DNA from: Kiritimatiellia bacterium
GTDB lineage: Bacteria; Verrucomicrobiota; Kiritimatiellia; RFP12; UBA1067
DNA length: 48,244 bases
Assembly: GCA_050949565.1 (NCBI GenBank)
Contig: JBMNFY010000012.1
Location: 1-48,244 of the forward strand
Direction: 5' to 3'
Below, in pieces: positions 1 through 9,684 of this stretch (position 1 is its first letter; every line of letters begins with the position of its first letter). The notes beneath the pieces were generated by a model. It had not been told where the DNA came from. It searched no databases and worked only from the letters and a program-made list of their open reading frames with translations. The translations under genes and the position numbers were made by a program.

Positions 1-92
1 CTCACCTTCCCAACGCTCCGCAATTCTGACGTTGGGCGTTTCATGTTCTCCACTTCTGCGTTCAGTGTTCGACGTTGGGCGTTCTGCGTTCT
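1..92 (+). repeat. 92-bp direct repeat, copy 1 (may extend beyond window start)
   Basis: Matches 1019-1110 with 8 mismatches by eye; ends in the heptamer array ttctgcg/ttcagtg/ttcgacg/ttgggcg/ttctgcg. Confidence 0.9.
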
Positions 93-148
93 CATCGCAG
101 AGGGCATCGTGAACGCCGCCCACAAAACTGATGCGCGAGTTTTGCGGG

Positions 149-177
149 TTGACGGTTTTCACTCTCCCTCGCATAAT
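149..177 (+). promoter_or_regulatory. Putative sigma70 promoter for the 239..922 gene
   Basis: TTGACG-17 bp-CATAAT about 60 bp upstream of the ATG. Confidence 0.55.
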
Positions 178-238
178 GGGTGCCATCGTGGGTGTCGGTG
201 CGTTGTTGAGTGCCTTGTGGATGATGGCGGTGGAATAG

Positions 239-922
239 ATGAATAAAGAAAACGAGAGACCTGAGAAGCCGGAGTGGCCGAAGAAGCCGGAGAGGACGCC
301 GGAAGATGTTATCGCGATTGCGTACCTCGACAAGCTGCGGCGTGGCGAGGGCGAGACGATGCCGACGGCGCTGCCGCTCGCGTGTATCGTCAGGGTGGTC
401 GCCTACAAGGAGATTCCGAAGGCGAATGAAAGGTATGCGCTGGTGACAGTGCGCGGTTCGCTCGGGATCTCGTGGAAGATGTGCGTCAACCGCAACTATC
501 TTAAAAAGGGCATGAACGCACTCTTCGTCGCGAAAGGCGCCGCGATGCCCGAAGAGGCGCGTTACCGTCATCCCGAGGCCGCGAAGGTGAAGGTGCGCGT
601 ATTCAGGTTCGGTCCGGGCATCAAGGAGCGGCGGCTTCTGCCGATTGTCAACCGGACTATCTATCACTTCAACAACGGGCTCCTCTATCCGCTCGACGAC
701 TTCCCGGAATTAAGGAGGATGCGCGAGGGCACGATCTGTGCCGCGGAGCTCCGAATCGACAGCCTGAAAGAGTTGCATGCGCGTGTCGCCGCGCCGAAGC
801 CAAAGCAGAAGAAAAAAGCTGCACCCGCGCCGGAGGCGAAACCGGACGCCGCCGAGGGGTTCATTGCCAAGGTGCGCCGCCGCTACATCCGCGCCTGGAG
901 GGCTGAGGAAAGTGAGGAGTGA
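239..922 (+). CDS. Hypothetical basic protein with a tRNA-binding-like OB fold, resembling the N-terminal domain of DRB0094-type RNA ligases but lacking the ligase domain
   Basis: 227-aa ORF; LACIVRVVAYKEIPKANERYALVTV...WKMCV...KKGMNALFV...GLLYPLDDFPEL resembles the OB-domain pattern (recognised by eye); Lys/Pro/Ala-rich tail. Confidence 0.6.
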   Translation: MNKENERPEKPEWPKKPERTPEDVIAIAYLDKLRRGEGETMPTALPLACIVRVVAYKEIPKANERYALVTVRGSLGISWKMCVNRNYLKKGMNALFVAKGAAMPEEARYRHPEAAKVKVRVFRFGPGIKERRLLPIVNRTIYHFNNGLLYPLDDFPELRRMREGTICAAELRIDSLKELHARVAAPKPKQKKKAAPAPEAKPDAAEGFIAKVRRRYIRAWRAEESEE

Positions 923-1018
923 GTAACGGGGCGGCTTTGGGTTTCAGGTTTCTGGTCCCAAGTTTTATTGTTCGGTTTTTCTCACAGGGGTGCGGAGGCG
1001 CAGAGGTTCTGCGTTGCT

Positions 1019-1110
1019 CTCATCTTCCCAACGTTCCGCAATTCTGACACTGAACGTTTCATGTTCTCCACTTCTGCGTTCTGTGTTCGACGTTGAGCGT
1101 TCTGCGTTCT
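1019..1110 (+). repeat. 92-bp direct repeat, copy 2
   Basis: About 91% identical to 1-92. Confidence 0.9.
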
Positions 1111-1159
1111 TCTCCTGCTTGAACAGATACATGCGTCGGCCTTTTTCATGACACGCTGC

Positions 1160-1184
1160 TGCGGGCGAGGACGCCCGCAGTCCC
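1160..1184 (-). repeat. REP-like hairpin
   Basis: tgcgggcg-agga-cgcccgca followed by gtccc. Confidence 0.6.
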
Positions 1185-1244
1185 GACTCGCCGTGCCTCT
1201 TTTCTCCAGAAACTCATGATCTTCGCGCGTCTCTGTCACTAACC

Positions 1245-1284
1245 GAGGCTCTTACAAAACCTCTTGCTTGCGGGTGCGGCACGG
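1245..1284 (+). mobile_element. Partial MITE end (same family as 44491-44591 and the IS ends)
   Basis: gaggctcttacaaaacctcttgcttgcgggtgcggcacgg matches the IS TIR and the reverse complement of 44552-44591. Confidence 0.75.
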
Positions 1285-1285
1285 A

Positions 1286-2431
1286 TCAGGGCACCGCCGG
1301 TAGCGCGTTGGCCACGGAAAACCGGTAGGATGTCGCACGACGGAAGGTCTGGCCGGGACGCAGGATGACCGACGGGAAGTTCGGATGATTGACGGCATCC
1401 GGAAAGTGCTGCGTCTCAAAGCAGACGGTGTTGTGCTTTTGATCCGGCGTTGCCGCTACTGGCTTGCCGTTGCGGAAGTAACGTTTTCCCGTGTAGAGCT
1501 GCATGCCGGGCTGGTCGGTGTAGACGTGCATCAGACGGCCGCTGCGCGGTTCGTAGCACCACGCCGCGCATGCGAAGCTCTGACCACCGTTGCGCAAAAC
1601 GTAGTTGTGGTCGTACCCTTTGGTTGACGTAAGCGCCTCAATCCGCGCGCCGATCGCGGTCGGCGCGCTGAAATCCAGCGGAGTTCCCGTGACGGGCGCG
1701 TACTCACCGGTGGGGATCAGTTCGGCATCGGCTGCCGTGATACGATCGGCGTCGATCCAAACCTGGTGGTCCCACACGTCCCCTTCGCCTGCAAGATTGA
1801 AGTAAGCGTGGTTGGTGAAGTTGACCGGCGTGGGTTTGTCGGTAGTCGCCGTATAGTCGATGCGCAACTCGTTGTCATCGTTCAACGTGTAGGTGACGGT
1901 CACATTGAGCGTGCCGGGGAACCCCTCGTCGCCGTCTGGACTGCGCAGGCTGAAGCGCACGGCGGTAGCGTTCGGGATGGCGGGCAATACCTCGCCGCGC
2001 CACACCTTGCGCGCAAACCCGTTGCGACCGCCGTGGAGCTGGTGCTGGCCGGCATTGGCTGTCACGCGGAACTCGCGGCCGTCCAATGTGAAGCGCGCGT
2101 TCGCGATGCGATTGGCGACGCGTCCCATGACTGAGGCCGCCGCACTGAAACCTTTGAGGTATGTGTCGAGCGACTCCGCGCCCATAACGACATTGGCGAA
2201 CCTTCCATCACGGTCGGGCACGCGCAGTTCGGTGATCGTCGCGCCGTATCCTATGACACGCGCTACCATGCCGTGTGCGTTGCGTAGTGTGTAGAGTTGC
2301 ACCTCTTCGCCTGCGGGCGTGCTCCCGAACGACTGCTCTTCGATGCGTTGCAGGGGAATAGCTCCGAGTTGTGAAGCGAAAAGAAAAATCAGTCCGAAAC
2401 AAACCCCGTGTAACCACTCCTTTTTCAACAT
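1286..2431 (-). CDS. galM: Aldose 1-epimerase (galactose mutarotase) with signal peptide
   Basis: GRVANRIA, HQLHGG, DGDEGFPG, NFTNHAYFNL, GYDHNY, CFETQHFPDAVNHPNFPS motifs; start moved to MLKKEWL because the upstream ORF extension translates repeats. Confidence 0.93.
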   Translation of the reverse strand: MLKKEWLHGVCFGLIFLFASQLGAIPLQRIEEQSFGSTPAGEEVQLYTLRNAHGMVARVIGYGATITELRVPDRDGRFANVVMGAESLDTYLKGFSAAASVMGRVANRIANARFTLDGREFRVTANAGQHQLHGGRNGFARKVWRGEVLPAIPNATAVRFSLRSPDGDEGFPGTLNVTVTYTLNDDNELRIDYTATTDKPTPVNFTNHAYFNLAGEGDVWDHQVWIDADRITAADAELIPTGEYAPVTGTPLDFSAPTAIGARIEALTSTKGYDHNYVLRNGGQSFACAAWCYEPRSGRLMHVYTDQPGMQLYTGKRYFRNGKPVAATPDQKHNTVCFETQHFPDAVNHPNFPSVILRPGQTFRRATSYRFSVANALPAVP

Positions 2432-2448
2432 GACACCGTTTCCTTTTT

Positions 2449-2532
2449 TTAACGCAGAGGCGCAGAGACGCAGAGAGTTTCTACGGGGTGGCGGCGTGGC
2501 CGCCGCCGGGCAAGTGACACTTGCCCCTCCCG
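2449..2532. repeat. Octamer tandem repeat plus REP-like hairpin
   Basis: aacgcagag-gcgcagag-acgcagag (reverse complement of 42281-42310), then gggcaagt-gac-acttgccc; 2497-2524 recurs identically at 4173-4200. Confidence 0.8.
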
Positions 2533-2759
2533 GCGCTTCGCAGTGAATCCTGAAAACCTGAACCTGAGCAAAGACGCAAGACAAGAGACGCGATGCGGCG
2601 TTATTGTTCATGGTTAACCTTTGGGCTGGATTGGATGCGGCATAAACATCATCCGAAATCCGTTATGGGGACATGATGACGGAAGGGAGGGGACAAGGCA
2701 AGAGTAAACGTGCGGTAGATACTTGCCCCTGCACCGTCTCTCGTGGTATTACTGACATC

Positions 2760-4034
2760 ATGGATTCCGAAACCACCGCCCTGTCAGATCTAACTGGACT
2801 TCGCATGCTGATCGTATGCGTACGCGACGCCCTGCACGATCGGCCGCTGTCGGTCGACACAGACGAGCCATTGTGGCCGCTGCTCGATCGTACGGCGTGC
2901 AAACAAGGCGTAGACGCCTTTCTCTTCCCGTGGCTGGCAGCCCATTTTCCCGAGCATTTCACCACGTCGTCCGCCCTGCCCGACAGCGTGCCGGGCGCGT
3001 GGCGCATGCGTGCCTTGCGGGAACTACAGCGCGCAACACTGCGGCATCGCCAACTTGCCGAGTTGGCGGCGGGCTTTGAACGCGCTGGCCTGGATCTGGT
3101 CATGCTGAAAGGTGCTTGGCTTGCCGAGTCGGTGTACGCGAATCCGGCATTGCGGAGCATGAGCGATATCGATGTACTGATCCGTGCCGACCAGCGCGAC
3201 CGCAGTCATGCCGTGATGCTGCAACTTGGCTACACCGCTACCGCCGACACGCTGCGCAACCGCTTTGCCTGCGCTCAAGGCTACCGCCACCCCCAGCACC
3301 TTTACACCGTAGAGATGCACTGGGACGTGTTCAGCAAGCTGGAGGCCGACTCACCAGAAGCGGACATGGCAGCGATATGGTGGTATGTCGAACCAGTACG
3401 GCTTTACGGTTCTCCCTGTTTCGCCTTGTCAATTCCCGACCAACTCGCACACCTTGTACACCGCATGCTGCACCATCTGTTTGCAATTCCGCTACGTTCT
3501 TATCTGGATGTCGCGCTGCTCATGCGTACGCGAGGCGATGCGCTCACGCCCGAAGCAATCACCGCCGCAGGCGCACGCTGGCAAATTGGAACGGCTATCC
3601 CGTTCGTTTTACGTTTCACTGCGGAACTCTTTGACGTGCCTCTGCCCGCTACCCTGGCGAAAGACGTGCCGTATATCGACGCGTTTTGGCGTAACGCCGC
3701 GATTCACGCCCTCGCATACTTGCCACGCGGGTCAGAACGTGGGGCAGAATCGACGACGCTCAGCTATCGCCAAGCCGGCTTGTTTGGGCGCGCTCGACTG
3801 GCACTGAGTCGTATCTTTATGCCCAGAGCGTTTCTGGCCGAACGCTACCCCTGTGCGCGCGTACTGGCGGGCGTGCCGTGGGCTTGGGTCCGCCGAGCAC
3901 GCGACCTGCGCCGAACCCACCGCGCCACCCTCATCGCACTAGACGTCGACGCCTCGCTGGAACAGCAGTGGCCCAATACTGCCGCCGTTCGCGCGGCTCT
4001 CGCCAACAACCTACGCAAACCTAAAAAGAGTTGA
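2760..4034 (+). CDS. Nucleotidyltransferase family protein (NTP_transf_5-like)
   Basis: LVMLKGAWLAESVY, RSMSDIDVLI, VEMHW, LRSYLDVALL motifs; start uncertain (2673-2805). Confidence 0.85.
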   Translation: MDSETTALSDLTGLRMLIVCVRDALHDRPLSVDTDEPLWPLLDRTACKQGVDAFLFPWLAAHFPEHFTTSSALPDSVPGAWRMRALRELQRATLRHRQLAELAAGFERAGLDLVMLKGAWLAESVYANPALRSMSDIDVLIRADQRDRSHAVMLQLGYTATADTLRNRFACAQGYRHPQHLYTVEMHWDVFSKLEADSPEADMAAIWWYVEPVRLYGSPCFALSIPDQLAHLVHRMLHHLFAIPLRSYLDVALLMRTRGDALTPEAITAAGARWQIGTAIPFVLRFTAELFDVPLPATLAKDVPYIDAFWRNAAIHALAYLPRGSERGAESTTLSYRQAGLFGRARLALSRIFMPRAFLAERYPCARVLAGVPWAWVRRARDLRRTHRATLIALDVDASLEQQWPNTAAVRAALANNLRKPKKS

Positions 4035-4172
4035 GTCTTGTAAACCACGCTTCACAGCGCCTAGGGTGCTGTGAAACTGGTCATCACCTCAATCGTCATT
4101 CACCCGCTCCCAAAACCGCCAAAGCGGTCATTGCCTGTCCCACGGAAGTAGGCCGGAACTCACCGTTTACGC

Positions 4173-4200
4173 TGGCCGCCGCCGGGCAAGTGACACTTGC
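4173..4200 (+). repeat. 28-bp direct repeat of 2497-2524 (REP-like hairpin)
   Basis: tggccgccgccgggcaagtgacacttgc identical in both places. Confidence 0.85.
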
Positions 4201-4227
4201 GCGGTCCCCCTCCCGGTCACAAGACGG

Positions 4228-4256
4228 TTGACGTGATTCGGCTTTTCGGGGACAAT
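4228..4256 (+). promoter_or_regulatory. Putative sigma70 promoter
   Basis: TTGACG-17 bp-GACAAT upstream of the 4421 ATG. Confidence 0.45.
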
Positions 4257-4420
4257 TTGCCCCCGTTGTGACCGCCTTGTGCATGGGGCGGACGGGGCGG
4301 CGGTTTTGCGCCGCGTCAGGAGTAGGAGTGGAAGTGTGAAGTCGGTGTCTGCTGACGTTGCGCTACACGGAGGGAATAGCGAACTCCAAAAATATCAAGC
4401 ATCAGATAAGAGGGCGAAAT

Positions 4421-7400
4421 ATGTTGGCAATCGATTCCGGCTTTTATCCGCGTGTCTCTCGAAGCGGCTTGCTGCGCCGCGCGGGCGCGTGCGTGTTTCT
4501 TGCGCTGGCGCTGGCCGGCGCACCCTTGGTGGCCGAGGCGATCACGATCACGCGGACCTCTGGGGCGATTCTGCAGACGGACATCCCGAACGGGCTCTCC
4601 TGCGGTTTTGTCTCGTACATCATCAGCAATAACACGGCGGTGGCTTACTCCAACATCTGGGTTCAAGTGGAGGATTTCACGGGCAATATCGTCTCGCTGG
4701 CCGGCGGGGACAACGGGTTGTACCACGTCGATGATCTTCCGCCGGGGGCGTACAAGACCGTCTACTTTTATCTGGGCGCTTCGGCGGTCACCACGCAGCC
4801 GCAGAGCCACACGGTAAAAGTGTATGAAGGATACCCAGAGGGCGGTACGCTGGTCGCCAACCAGACCTTCTCCCTGACTGTGGCCACGACAGGTGAAAAC
4901 AACTCCAGCAAGGTCTATACCGTGACCTACGGCCCGAACCCGCCGACGGTCGGCGGCACGGTGTTGGTGGAGGTAACAGGCGATGCGGGCAACGTCAAAA
5001 GTAGCGATCTGGTGAATTTCAGCCCTGCGGTTTTTGACACCTGGAACGCGGCGGCCTTCCAGCTTGTTGACGTCACGCTGGCGCTGACCAACAAGAACGG
5101 CCAGACACAGACGGTCTCCGACTATCTGCAGTTGCCCGCGAGCGTGGTGCAATGGTCCAACGGCGAGATCACCTACACCGCCCACTATACATTCAGGGCG
5201 TTGGTCGAGACCGCGCAAAGCACGCCGGTCAGCCCGATGACCTATGCCTCGCAGAATAATAAAAGTTCGCATCCGAGCACTTCGGGCTATGGCCTTTTCC
5301 AGCCAATCCAGTCGCCGACCAATACCACGACACTCGCCAAGCTGGCCAACGTCACGCGGGCCTATACCAATGAGATCGTGACCTATACCGTGCGCTTCAC
5401 CAACAGCGGGCCGAACGATATGGCGATCGACCGTGTTGTCGATACCCTGCCGCCGCACATGGCGTACATACCGGGCAGTTCGCAGTTGAACGGGGTGACG
5501 ATGCTTGATCCGTCGATCAGCGGAACGCGGCTGGTCTGGTCGGAGACCGAGCATGTTCCGGCCAACAGTACCGTCGACTTCACCTTTCAGGCGCGGGCGA
5601 TGATTGCGGGGGTAACGACCAACAGTGTGGTGGCCTACGTGGGTGGAACAAGCACGATCATCGACACGACCCTCAGCACAAGCGACAATGTGCCGGGGGA
5701 AGCGATCGTGCGCACGCTGTTGCCGCCTACGGCGGTCGATGACAATGTCTCAATGGTGGAGTGTATGGGACCGTCCCGCGCCGGGAGTGATGAACAACGA
5801 CAGCGACCTGAACGGCTTTGACATCGCCGTGGTCGCCCACACCCAGCCCGCGCACGGCACGCTTGTACTGAATGCCGACGGTTCCTACACCTACACACCT
5901 GAGCCGGATTACTACGGTAGCGACAGCTTTACCTACACGATCACGAACTTCAACGGGCGCGCGGACACCGCCACGGTGTATCTGACGGTGCTGCCGGTGA
6001 ACGACGCGCCGGGCTTCACGGGAGGTGCTGACCAGAATCTGACGGTGGGAGCGGGCGCACAGACCGTGCCCGCGTGGGCCACAAACATCAGCAAAGGCCC
6101 GGCGAATGAAAGCGGGCAGACGCTGACCTTTCATGTAACGAACAACAACGCCGCACTCTTCTCCGTACCGCCGTCCATCTCCGCCGACGGCACGTTGACC
6201 TATACGCCCGCGCCGAACATGAGCGGCATCGCCACCGTCACGGTCTATCTCCAGGATGACGGCGGCAGAGCCAACGGCGGCGAAGACCGCAGTGCGGAGT
6301 ACACCTTCACGATCAACGTGGCCGGCTACAGCATCGGCAACCGCGTCTTCAAAGACCTGAACAACGATGGTGTCCACGATTTCGCTGACAGCGGCATCGC
6401 GGGCGTGCGCATGGCGCTCTTCGCCGAGGCGGACGGGCAGCCCGTCGGCTCGGCTCTCCAGACCACGGTCACGGACGCGGAAGGCTTTTATCGCTTCGAC
6501 CATCTGGCGGCGGGCACCTATGTGGTGGTGGCGGATGTGGCAGAGTCGCCTTCCCTGGCCGGCTTCGTCAGCAGCACGGGGCATTACAGCAGTCTGGCGC
6601 TGGACGGCGATCTGCGCGACCACGGAATAGACACGCCGGTCTCCGTTGGCGGCATCACGAATGGTATCGCCAGCGTCCCCGTAACTGTCGGCGATGGCCA
6701 GCAGCCCTTGAGCGAACTGGTCAACGTGAATCTTGATGCGGGACGGCGTGGCCCCTGCGGCGATGCCTACGATAATCTGGTGGTGGACTTTGGCTTTACG
6801 CCGCTCTACAGCATCGGCAACCGCGTCTTTGCCGACGACAACTACAACGGATACCGGGATGACAACGAAGGCGGTATAGCGGGGGTGCCGATCTACGCAT
6901 TTGCGGCTGGTGCTGACGGGCTTCCGACGGGTGAGCCGTTGGCTTATGCGGTCACGGATGCCGATGGTTGGTACCGGCTGGACGGTCTGGTCATCGGTAC
7001 CTACGTGTCGGTGCTGGTCCCGCGGATGGGGTCGAAGTTGGTCGGCGTGCCGAACACCGACGACGAGCGGCGTAACCGGGCGGTTGACGCGGGCGAGGAC
7101 GCCGTGATCGTCCACACCGTGCTCTCTGGTGCGGGGGTGCTGGATGGGCGTCCGTCCGAGACGCTGAACTTCGGTTTCGAGAACCATCCGCTGTCGACCG
7201 CGATCGATATCCGCCTGTACGCCACGCCGGATGGCGTGATGATCCAGTTGTGGACGGTGAACGAGGCCGGTTGCGGCGACATCGTGATCTATGCGTGGAT
7301 CGACAACGCATGGGGCGAGGTCGGCCGCGTGCCCGCCTGGCTCGTCGTGGGCGAGGGTGCGAACGACTACACCGTCGCCGCGAACGGACTGGCGGCGGGC

Positions 7401-7736
7401 GGCGCGTATTACCTCAAGGTGATCGACGAAGTCGGCAACGTGCATCTATCGCTGACGCCGGTGGCGGTCGATGCCCTGCAGGTGGACGCGGTCAAGCTTG
7501 ATTTGCAGTATGTCACGCTGCGCTTCAACACAGAGTCTGGCCGGAGCTATCAGGTCGAGGTCAGCACCGATCTCGTCACTTGGCGGACAGAGTATGTGAG
7601 CGCACCGACAGCAAAGGGCTGGACGGCGTTCACGACGGAGCCGTTCATGGCGGGGGCCGACACCCACACCGAGGTGCGCGTTCCGCGCAACGGCCGTGCG
7701 CGTGCGTTCTTCAAGATCAAGTGCGTCGAGCGGTAG
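4421..7736 (+). pseudogene. Large secreted surface protein (DUF11, cadherin-like/Ig, two SdrD-B-like domains, C-terminal sorting-like domain), frameshifted near 5770
   Basis: Signal peptide; TYTVRFTNSG...DTLPPHMAYIPGSS (DUF11); PTAVDD in ORF 4358-5821 continues as APGVMNNDSD...PVNDAP in ORF 5625-7736; YSIGNRVF twice; ends YQVEVSTDLVTW...FFKIKCVER. The break may be real or a sequence error. Confidence 0.8.
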
Positions 7737-7741
7737 GCTCC

Positions 7742-7834
7742 TGAACCACGGGCAAGATGCCCGTGCCACCTCGCATGAACCACGGGCAAGATGCCCGTGC
7801 CACCTCTCCGTGGCATGGGTGTCTCGCCCATGAA
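7742..7834. repeat. REP cluster: two tandem 34-bp units plus a related inverted hairpin
   Basis: tgaaccacgggcaagatgcccgtgccacctc twice, then gtggcatgggtgtctcgcccatg; the same hairpins form the MITE core. Confidence 0.9.
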
Positions 7835-7869
7835 AAAGAATGAGAAGAAAACGTGATAGGGTTGCGAAC

Positions 7870-9591
7870 ATGCGTGTTGGATTCTTACGAGTTTTGTTGA
7901 TCGTTGTTGCGCTTGGCGTACACGCCGAGGTACAGACGTGGACCGGCGAGGGTGTCCCGGCACCCGAGCCGGTCACGGCGAAGATCACGTTGGGCGCCTA
8001 CATCTTTCCCGGCTGGTATCGTGATACGGGACGCGGCGACTACCCGTACCGCACACACGACGAAGACAGCGAGTGGAAGTGGGCCGTCGCCAAGCAGCCC
8101 GCCCCGCGCCCGCTGCTCGGCTTCTATGACGATTCGCTGCCGGAGGTCAACGACTGGCACATCAAGTGGGCACTCGAACACGGCATCTCGTTTTTCGCCT
8201 TCGACTGGTATTGGAATGCTGGCGAAAAGCGATTGGCGCGTACGCTGGAACAGGGCTTCCTCAAGGCGCGGTATGCCTCGCAGATGAAGTTCTGTGTCCA
8301 CTGGTGCAACCACGCGCTCGACTGGAAGCGTGACGGCAAGCCCGCCCCGCTGGATTTCTCCAAGCCCGCGCTCTTGCAGATGACCGAGCATCTCGCGGAT
8401 CACTACTTCAAATTGCCCAACTACCTCACGGTAGACGGCCGCCCCGTGCTCTTGGTCTATGTCCCCGGTGCGCTGATTCAAGCCAACGGCGGTCCGGCGG
8501 GATTCCGTGCTGTCCTTGAAGAGATGAACCGGTTGCTCCGTGCCAAAGGGCTCAAGGATCTCTACTGTGTTGCGCTTGGTGACGGCAGAAACGCCGCAGA
8601 GTCCGGCTTCAGCGCCTTTTCTGCATACGCCTACTACGGCGCAGACCTCGATTCCAAATACGAGTGGAAGCGCGGTTATTCGTTGCCGTATGCCGATATG
8701 CTGAAGCATTTCGAAACCATGTGGCAGATCTATTCACCCCGGAAAGAACCGCACTACATCGTGCCGGTCGGCTCGAATTGGGACGACCGCCCGCGCGCCC
8801 GAAAAAACGCGACGGTCATCACCGGCAGGACGCCCGACCTTTTTGAACAGCACTGCCGCGCCAGTCTGACCTACATCGATCCGCGCAACAACCTTGCGAT
8901 CATCGAGGCTTGGAACGAGTGGGGCGAAGGGAGTTTCATCGAACCCGATGCGGAGTTCGGCTTCGCCTTTCTGGATCGCGTGCGCCGCGTTTACACCGAC
9001 GCGCCCGATGCGCACATCGATCTGGTTCCGAGCGCGTCAAAAGTCATCTCCTTCAGCATGCTCAATCCGGAAGAGCGGGCGGCAGCCAAGGCGCTTGAAA
9101 GCCAGCCCTATCCCGCTCCACCGCTCGCGCTGCGCACGACGCAGGTGGTTGCGGACGTCCCGCTGCCCGCCGGTTCGCCGCTCAAGGCGTGGGAGTTCGC
9201 CGAGAATGCCGAGGGCTGGTTTGTCCACCAGACAGAGCCGCTCCGGGTTGAGAACGGCGTACTTATCGCACGTGCCACCGGCGACGATCCGCAGATCATC
9301 GCGACGGGGCTCAACATCGACATCGCCGAGATCGACGCCATCGTCTTGCGCATGAGGGCACCGGAGGGGATGCGTACCGGCCAAGGCTTTTGGGCCACCG
9401 ACAAAGAACCCGCGCTTAGCGGATCCAAGGCGTTCGGTATCGGTCTCAAATCCGACGGCGAGTGGCACACATATCGCATCACCAAGACGCTCGACGCTAC
9501 ATGGTGCGGCAAGTTGCGTACACTGCGCTTTGACTTCGGCACCGCCGGGGATACAGTGGAAGTGGACTGGATCAGGATCTACAAAAAATAA
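7870..9591 (+). CDS. Glycoside hydrolase family 99-like/WbsX-like protein with C-terminal CBM-like domain
   Basis: Signal peptide; YIFPGW, PLLGFYD, FAFDWYW, WCNH, NWDDRPR, AWNEWGEGSFIEPD motifs; C-terminal ATGDDPQ...LRFDFG...VDWIRI. Confidence 0.82.
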   Translation: MRVGFLRVLLIVVALGVHAEVQTWTGEGVPAPEPVTAKITLGAYIFPGWYRDTGRGDYPYRTHDEDSEWKWAVAKQPAPRPLLGFYDDSLPEVNDWHIKWALEHGISFFAFDWYWNAGEKRLARTLEQGFLKARYASQMKFCVHWCNHALDWKRDGKPAPLDFSKPALLQMTEHLADHYFKLPNYLTVDGRPVLLVYVPGALIQANGGPAGFRAVLEEMNRLLRAKGLKDLYCVALGDGRNAAESGFSAFSAYAYYGADLDSKYEWKRGYSLPYADMLKHFETMWQIYSPRKEPHYIVPVGSNWDDRPRARKNATVITGRTPDLFEQHCRASLTYIDPRNNLAIIEAWNEWGEGSFIEPDAEFGFAFLDRVRRVYTDAPDAHIDLVPSASKVISFSMLNPEERAAAKALESQPYPAPPLALRTTQVVADVPLPAGSPLKAWEFAENAEGWFVHQTEPLRVENGVLIARATGDDPQIIATGLNIDIAEIDAIVLRMRAPEGMRTGQGFWATDKEPALSGSKAFGIGLKSDGEWHTYRITKTLDATWCGKLRTLRFDFGTAGDTVEVDWIRIYKK

Positions 9592-9684
9592 ACGATCGAA
9601 TGGGCAGAAAAATTAGGTGCTGTGCAGTGAATAACGAATAGTGAAAGTAAGAGGTAATGGGTAAGAAGTGGGACACTTCTCTCC

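Noticed and set aside
2760-4034. Lasso-peptide cluster or toxin-antitoxin/CBASS nucleotidyltransferase
   Set aside because: No cyclase, PqqD/B protein, precursor, HEPN partner or effector gene nearby.
5727-7445. Long antisense or alternate-frame ORFs (also 26659-28281, 23584-24891, 4316-5554)
   Set aside because: Shadow ORFs of real genes in GC-rich DNA, with no recognisable motifs.
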